Source: a virus
Taxonomy: Duplodnaviria; Caudoviricetes
Reading direction: 5' to 3' (one strand)
Length of the DNA stretch: 53,891 bases
Virus record (IMG/VR): IMGVR_UViG_3300001336_000022
Location: 1 to 53,891 of that record
Below are positions 49,949-53,891 of this stretch, piece after piece; within the stretch, counting starts at the first letter, position 1, and every line of letters begins with the position of its first letter. A program made the position numbers and the translations under genes. A model generated the notes under the pieces. The model saw nothing but the letters and a program-made list of their open reading frames with translations. It was not told where the DNA came from and made no database searches.

Positions 49949-50091
49949 TCAATTTCCCCACGGAGTTTGATCTTTGCTGACTGTCGGGATTCATATTTTT
50001 TGGTCTTGGACCAAGTTGATGCGCGTTGTTTCACACCTTCACTTCGAAGTCTTGCTATTTCCTGACTTGTTAGTTTGGGTAACTTTTGCAT
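49945..50091 (-). CDS. Small basic hypothetical protein (48 aa)
   Basis: Read manually: MQKLPKLTSQEIARLRSEGVKQRASTWSKTKKYESRQSAKIKLRGEIE*; stop overlaps the next ATG. Confidence 0.45.
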   Translation of the reverse strand: MQKLPKLTSQEIARLRSEGVKQRASTWSKTKKYESRQSAKIKLRGEIE

Positions 50092-50182
50092 CTTTCTTTC
50101 CAAAAATTCTTTCGTAGTTCTCATCCCATTTTTGACGATCTATTGGGCGGTAGGTATCACCTTTTCCTGCTTGTCCATTCAT
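50039..50182 (-). CDS. Small protein of the 'GKGD..RP.D..K.DENY.RIFG' type (47 aa)
   Basis: GGAGA RBS; MNGQAGKGDTYRPIDRQKWDENYERIFGKK...; CTACATA motif upstream. Confidence 0.6.
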   Translation of the reverse strand: MNGQAGKGDTYRPIDRQKWDENYERIFGKKDAKVTQTNKSGNSKTSK

Positions 50183-50218
50183 GTTATTTCTCCATGGAGT
50201 AGTCTAGCGGTATGTAGG

Positions 50219-50752
50219 TTAGTCGTGTTGGATATCGAACCGTTCCCGGTTTTGAGTGTCAATCCTATCTAAAAGAATCTTCAAAAACAGTCCATCAAAT
50301 TTCTGCGTTCCGTTTGATAGAATATACTTGTACCATGAATGCCACTGTGGAGCCAAGACTTCCCATGGGCGAAACTTTGAATGCATCGCGTAGATGATCT
50401 TTTCCGGAACTTCATGAGTGTTTCGTTCCATGGATTCTTCTGGAGTGATGATATGATCTGTGACATGAATCTCGTAACCATAGTTCATAGCCAGACCGAG
50501 ATACGGAAACAAGGTTCCATGCTGGTCCAAGAAGCATTCCGCGAACGCAAGGTCTGCCTGTGCCTGCATGATGCGAACTGCAAGTGAAAAGCAGAGTTCG
50601 TGTGCGGGCAACCAAGACTCGTTTGTGTATTGATACTTCCCGTCTTGCATACAGAACATATCCACTGCTGAAAGAACAAAGCACCCTCGCTTTGAAGCGG
50701 CAGTTGACTTTCCGGATCCGGGTAATCCACGATGAATGTAGAGTTTAGGCAA
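50219..50752 (-). CDS. P-loop kinase (AAA_33/polynucleotide-kinase-like)
   Basis: LYIHRGLPGSGKST; RNTHEVPEKIIYAM. Confidence 0.8.
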   Translation of the reverse strand: MPKLYIHRGLPGSGKSTAASKRGCFVLSAVDMFCMQDGKYQYTNESWLPAHELCFSLAVRIMQAQADLAFAECFLDQHGTLFPYLGLAMNYGYEIHVTDHIITPEESMERNTHEVPEKIIYAMHSKFRPWEVLAPQWHSWYKYILSNGTQKFDGLFLKILLDRIDTQNRERFDIQHD

Positions 50753-51470
50753 TGATCTTCGCTTTCTTCAACTGACGCAAGTTCGCCAGTGTCAGTTTAC
50801 AGTCATGTAGAGCGTCGTGGTCATCCGGGCGGTCATCCACGATGATCTTGAGTTTCTTGGAGATACTATTTAGGCTAAACGATGTCATGCTCGGATCACT
50901 GTGCCATATACCAATAGCCATGGATTGCAGGTCATAGTATCGCCGGGACCATGGGAGGAAGTCCCAGTTAGTCAACAGTTCAGCCTGTGGACTCCATGGC
51001 GAGTTTTTGGATGCGACAATCGCTGTCTCATAGTTTCGCATCGTGGAAACATATGGATTATATCCCCCATCAATCAGATAGTCAATCGGGAGATACTTCA
51101 TCAGATGGCATCTAGTGAAGTTGAGGTCAAAGGTTGTATTCTGTCCGAACGGAATCATCTTGAATGGCGCAACGGAGCAAAGTGCTTCCCAAATTTTTAT
51201 CGCGGCGGCACTCGCGTCAAACCCAGTCTCCTTGGCTTGCTCATAAACCTTACCTGAAAACTTCAATGCTTCCTGAGAAACTTGGAGATCTTCAAGTGTA
51301 TCGGGGTTGATCTTGATATCAAGAGACCACTGCACCTTCAAATCCGGGTCTGCCAAATCAAATGCGATCATGGCAAACTGGACCATACCGTATCCCATGA
51401 AAGGACACAGACCGGTAGTTTCAACATCAATAACACACGCAGGTCTATTCATTATCACTCTCCACTCCAA
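50745..51470 (-). CDS. DEDDh 3'-5' exonuclease (DnaQ/RNase T-like)
   Basis: VIDVETTG, GQNTTFDLNF, HDALHD. Confidence 0.85.
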   Translation of the reverse strand: MEWRVIMNRPACVIDVETTGLCPFMGYGMVQFAMIAFDLADPDLKVQWSLDIKINPDTLEDLQVSQEALKFSGKVYEQAKETGFDASAAAIKIWEALCSVAPFKMIPFGQNTTFDLNFTRCHLMKYLPIDYLIDGGYNPYVSTMRNYETAIVASKNSPWSPQAELLTNWDFLPWSRRYYDLQSMAIGIWHSDPSMTSFSLNSISKKLKIIVDDRPDDHDALHDCKLTLANLRQLKKAKIIA

Positions 51471-52389
51471 CTATTTTTTTGATTTCATCTCGATTGAATT
51501 CGATCATGTTCTTTACACGCTCCCTCACCAGTGAGGGGATACCGATAGAGGAACCAAATTCTTCATAGTCCAAAAGCAAAAGATCCGTTGCTCGGAGGAA
51601 CAGGCGCGTCTTAGTCAAATAGTTGACCCATCGTTCATGCTTCCAAGCGTATCGCGCCGATTCCAGATTGTGGCGACGATCAGCGGTCTTGATAAGCAAT
51701 GCGAGCGGAGTTAGGTTGGTGTAGTAGAAATAGTCGATAGCGTTCTGAACTTCTCGACCCTCAAACCCCTTACCCATCTCCGTTAGGTTCGTGAGTTGAT
51801 ACACTAGGTTGAGAGCGTATGGGTGAATATGGTTTGGCGTGGGTGTCAGCAGATATGACAGTGTGGGCAGTTCCATAAATGTATCTTCGACGGTATCGTG
51901 AAGTATTGCGGCAGCAGAAACCTGTTCTCGGAGATACAGCAGTTCGGCACCCGGCTTACCTGTACCGGCGTTCAAATCAGAGTTTTCGGAAGATGGAATG
52001 CCGCCACCCGTGAATATACAAGACGGACACAGACCCTTATGGTCTGAGACAGACTCTCGAAGTTCTACACGCTTGGCATACTCAAGTTCTAATTTCAACA
52101 GTCGGGCGGCAGTTTCGTCATCCTGAAACTGGCTTGCAAGAGCGGTTGTAGCGAGATCCCGAACCTCTGCGCAGTGAGAGTAATATGCCACTGACTTATC
52201 GTTTGCATCCTTGGTGTCGCGATACTGATTTTCATGGCATTTAGAAGCGATGGTAGACGCTAAAACAGATACCGGCTCATTGCGGGCGTGGAGGGACTTA
52301 CAAATATGCAGGAGAGGGGTAAACCCATTCTGGAATGCAGTGGTCGATGGGATTTTGTTTTTCTTTGCTGTTTCTCGGTTCATATACAC
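51445..52389 (-). CDS. RelA/SpoT-type HD hydrolase (small alarmone hydrolase/Mesh1-like)
   Basis: HENQYRD, YYSHCAEV, AAAILHDTVEDT, LVYQLT, ALLIKTADRRHNL. Confidence 0.8.
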   Translation of the reverse strand: MYMNRETAKKNKIPSTTAFQNGFTPLLHICKSLHARNEPVSVLASTIASKCHENQYRDTKDANDKSVAYYSHCAEVRDLATTALASQFQDDETAARLLKLELEYAKRVELRESVSDHKGLCPSCIFTGGGIPSSENSDLNAGTGKPGAELLYLREQVSAAAILHDTVEDTFMELPTLSYLLTPTPNHIHPYALNLVYQLTNLTEMGKGFEGREVQNAIDYFYYTNLTPLALLIKTADRRHNLESARYAWKHERWVNYLTKTRLFLRATDLLLLDYEEFGSSIGIPSLVRERVKNMIEFNRDEIKKIVGVESDNE

Positions 52390-52406
52390 TTACTTTCAAA
52401 TTTTGG

Positions 52407-52440
52407 AAAAGATCGGCGGGCAGTTTCCCACCCGCGATCT
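52407..52440 (-). terminator. Probable intrinsic terminator after the cobS-like gene
   Basis: On the - strand: AGATCGCGGG-N10-CCCGCCGATCT followed by TTT. Confidence 0.55.
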
Positions 52441-52459
52441 CTGGAAAGGAATCTATTTC

Positions 52460-53788
52460 TCAGAACGATACCGAGTCAAGTTCCGTCACCCGTTCCGATG
52501 GGGACTTGGTTTCAGAATCACCCTGAGCCTGAGCAGAGAGGGTTTCATCAATCTTCGCGTAGAGTTGGACAAAGACTTGCTTATCTTCGTCGGGGAATCG
52601 TGAAACAATAGCGTTGACTGCCTTTTCACGGTAGGGCGAAGTTGAAGCGGCGCGGTTGGAACGGAAGATCGAGTAGAATTCAAGACCGTTCAGGAGTCGG
52701 CGAGTCGAAACGATTTCAGAAACGCCACCCTCAAAGTAGGTCTTGCGGATAGTATCACCCCACTGTACCAAACAGTCAATGAACGATGCGTAATCCTCGT
52801 CAATTTCCACACCCTGAGCCTTGAGCATACCCTTGAGCATCTTGCGCTCATCGGTTACTGAGGGATACGGCTGATCGTAGGTGACCGGGAATCGGTCAAG
52901 GAAAGCCTCATTCAGATCATTTGCACCGACAAACTTACCATCTGAGGATCCGCGACCCTTGGTGTTCGCGGTGGCAAACACAGTGAACCCCGGAGCGGGC
53001 TTGATCCACTTCGAGATTTTCTTTAGGAAGATCGGCTTACCCTCAAGCACGGGCTGGAGACACATGATATCCTCTTGGGCAAGGTCAACTTCATCGAGAA
53101 GCAGGACCGCGCCGCGGAGCATAGCGTTTACCACGGGACCATACTCGAACACGGTCGCACCATTCACCAGACGGAATGAACCCAGAAGATCGGATTCGTT
53201 CGTCTCGCGAGTGATGTTCACACGGAAAAAATCGCGACCGATATCCGCACAAATCTGTTCAACCATCGTGGTCTTACCGTTACCGGATAGACCCGTAACA
53301 TAGACCGGGAAAAATCGCTCAGACTTGACGATTCGGTGCAGGTCTCGATAGTGACCCCACTTCACAAAACCCTTCATCTTAGGAGGGACAAAGGAAATGT
53401 TTTCCGGTGCGCCATAAGCAACGGTCGCGCTTGGAGCATTCATCGCGGTTGACTTCGGCATCGCAGCGACCTGTTCATCCATAACGGTAACCGTACGGGT
53501 GGCGGTAGCAGGTTCACGCTTCGGCTTCGAAGCCTTTCGACCATCCACACCCGCACCGGGGTTGTAGGATCCGTCGCGCGACGGGATAAAGTAAGCACCA
53601 CGCGCAGCGCGATACTTTTTATCGACCGTCAACCAGTTCGGAGATTCAATGCCATGAGCATCAATAACTTCAATTACTTCCTGACGATTCAGAACCCGAT
53701 TCGAACCCTTGGCAGTCGCGAGTTCGGGGAACTGTCGTTCAGCGAGTCGGACGAATTCAAGGTGGGATTCACGGAGAGTTTTCGGCAT
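52460..53788 (-). CDS. CobS/MoxR-like AAA+ ATPase
   Basis: FFPVYVTGLSGNGKT, RVNIT.ET.ESDLLG, LLLDEVD, LQPVLEGKP, ATANTKGRGS.DG.F.G...LNEAFLDRF, STRRL. Confidence 0.9.
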   Translation of the reverse strand: MPKTLRESHLEFVRLAERQFPELATAKGSNRVLNRQEVIEVIDAHGIESPNWLTVDKKYRAARGAYFIPSRDGSYNPGAGVDGRKASKPKREPATATRTVTVMDEQVAAMPKSTAMNAPSATVAYGAPENISFVPPKMKGFVKWGHYRDLHRIVKSERFFPVYVTGLSGNGKTTMVEQICADIGRDFFRVNITRETNESDLLGSFRLVNGATVFEYGPVVNAMLRGAVLLLDEVDLAQEDIMCLQPVLEGKPIFLKKISKWIKPAPGFTVFATANTKGRGSSDGKFVGANDLNEAFLDRFPVTYDQPYPSVTDERKMLKGMLKAQGVEIDEDYASFIDCLVQWGDTIRKTYFEGGVSEIVSTRRLLNGLEFYSIFRSNRAASTSPYREKAVNAIVSRFPDEDKQVFVQLYAKIDETLSAQAQGDSETKSPSERVTELDSVSF

Positions 53789-53826
53789 ACGATTCCTTTT
53801 CCAGAGGATTACAGGTGACAGGTTGT

Positions 53827-53855
53827 ATCTTACAAGAGTCAGCGGGGCTTGTCAA
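53827..53855 (-). promoter_or_regulatory. Sigma70-type (early) promoter upstream of the cobS-like gene
   Basis: TTGACA-N17-TAAGAT; AAGGA RBS downstream. Confidence 0.75.
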
Positions 53856-53891
53856 CCCCACAAACCGAAGTGACCGTTTTTAGTCAGTTCC

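Noticed and set aside
52460-53788. CobS as evidence of cobalamin auxiliary metabolism
   Set aside because: This MoxR-type AAA+ is a routine gene of environmental T4-like phages, and no other cob genes are present.

Overview
A 53.9-kb segment of a large T4-like myovirus (Tevenvirinae/Kyanoviridae-like gene order) using the standard genetic code. The + strand (1-39931) carries the virion module: collagen/tail-collar fibre genes, baseplate gp25-gp6-gp7-gp8, a 1683-aa DUF4815/VrlC-like protein, neck gp13/gp14, gp15, terminase gp16/gp17, sheath gp18, tube gp19, portal gp20, protease gp21, scaffold gp22 and major capsid gp23. The - strand (40015-53788) carries recombination, transcription and nucleotide genes: gp46/47, gp55 sigma, UvsW, dCMP deaminase, UvsY, gp3, a metallophosphoesterase, a kinase, a DEDD exonuclease, a RelA/SpoT-type HD hydrolase and a CobS-like AAA+. 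Highlights: (1) gp17 is fractured by an atypically split intein (39-aa IntN, 108-aa IntC) with a deleted endonuclease remnant between the halves, and also holds a contiguous Gln-ending LAGLIDADG intein. (2) A stand-alone PAS-TM-coiled-coil protein sits under a late-promoter motif. (3) A GH56 hyaluronidase-like/FN3 protein and a GT2-methyltransferase fusion are embedded among structural genes. (4) Several genes show apparent internal deletions or frameshifts, including a possible Acb1-like remnant. All family assignments come from motif recognition by eye; no searches were run.
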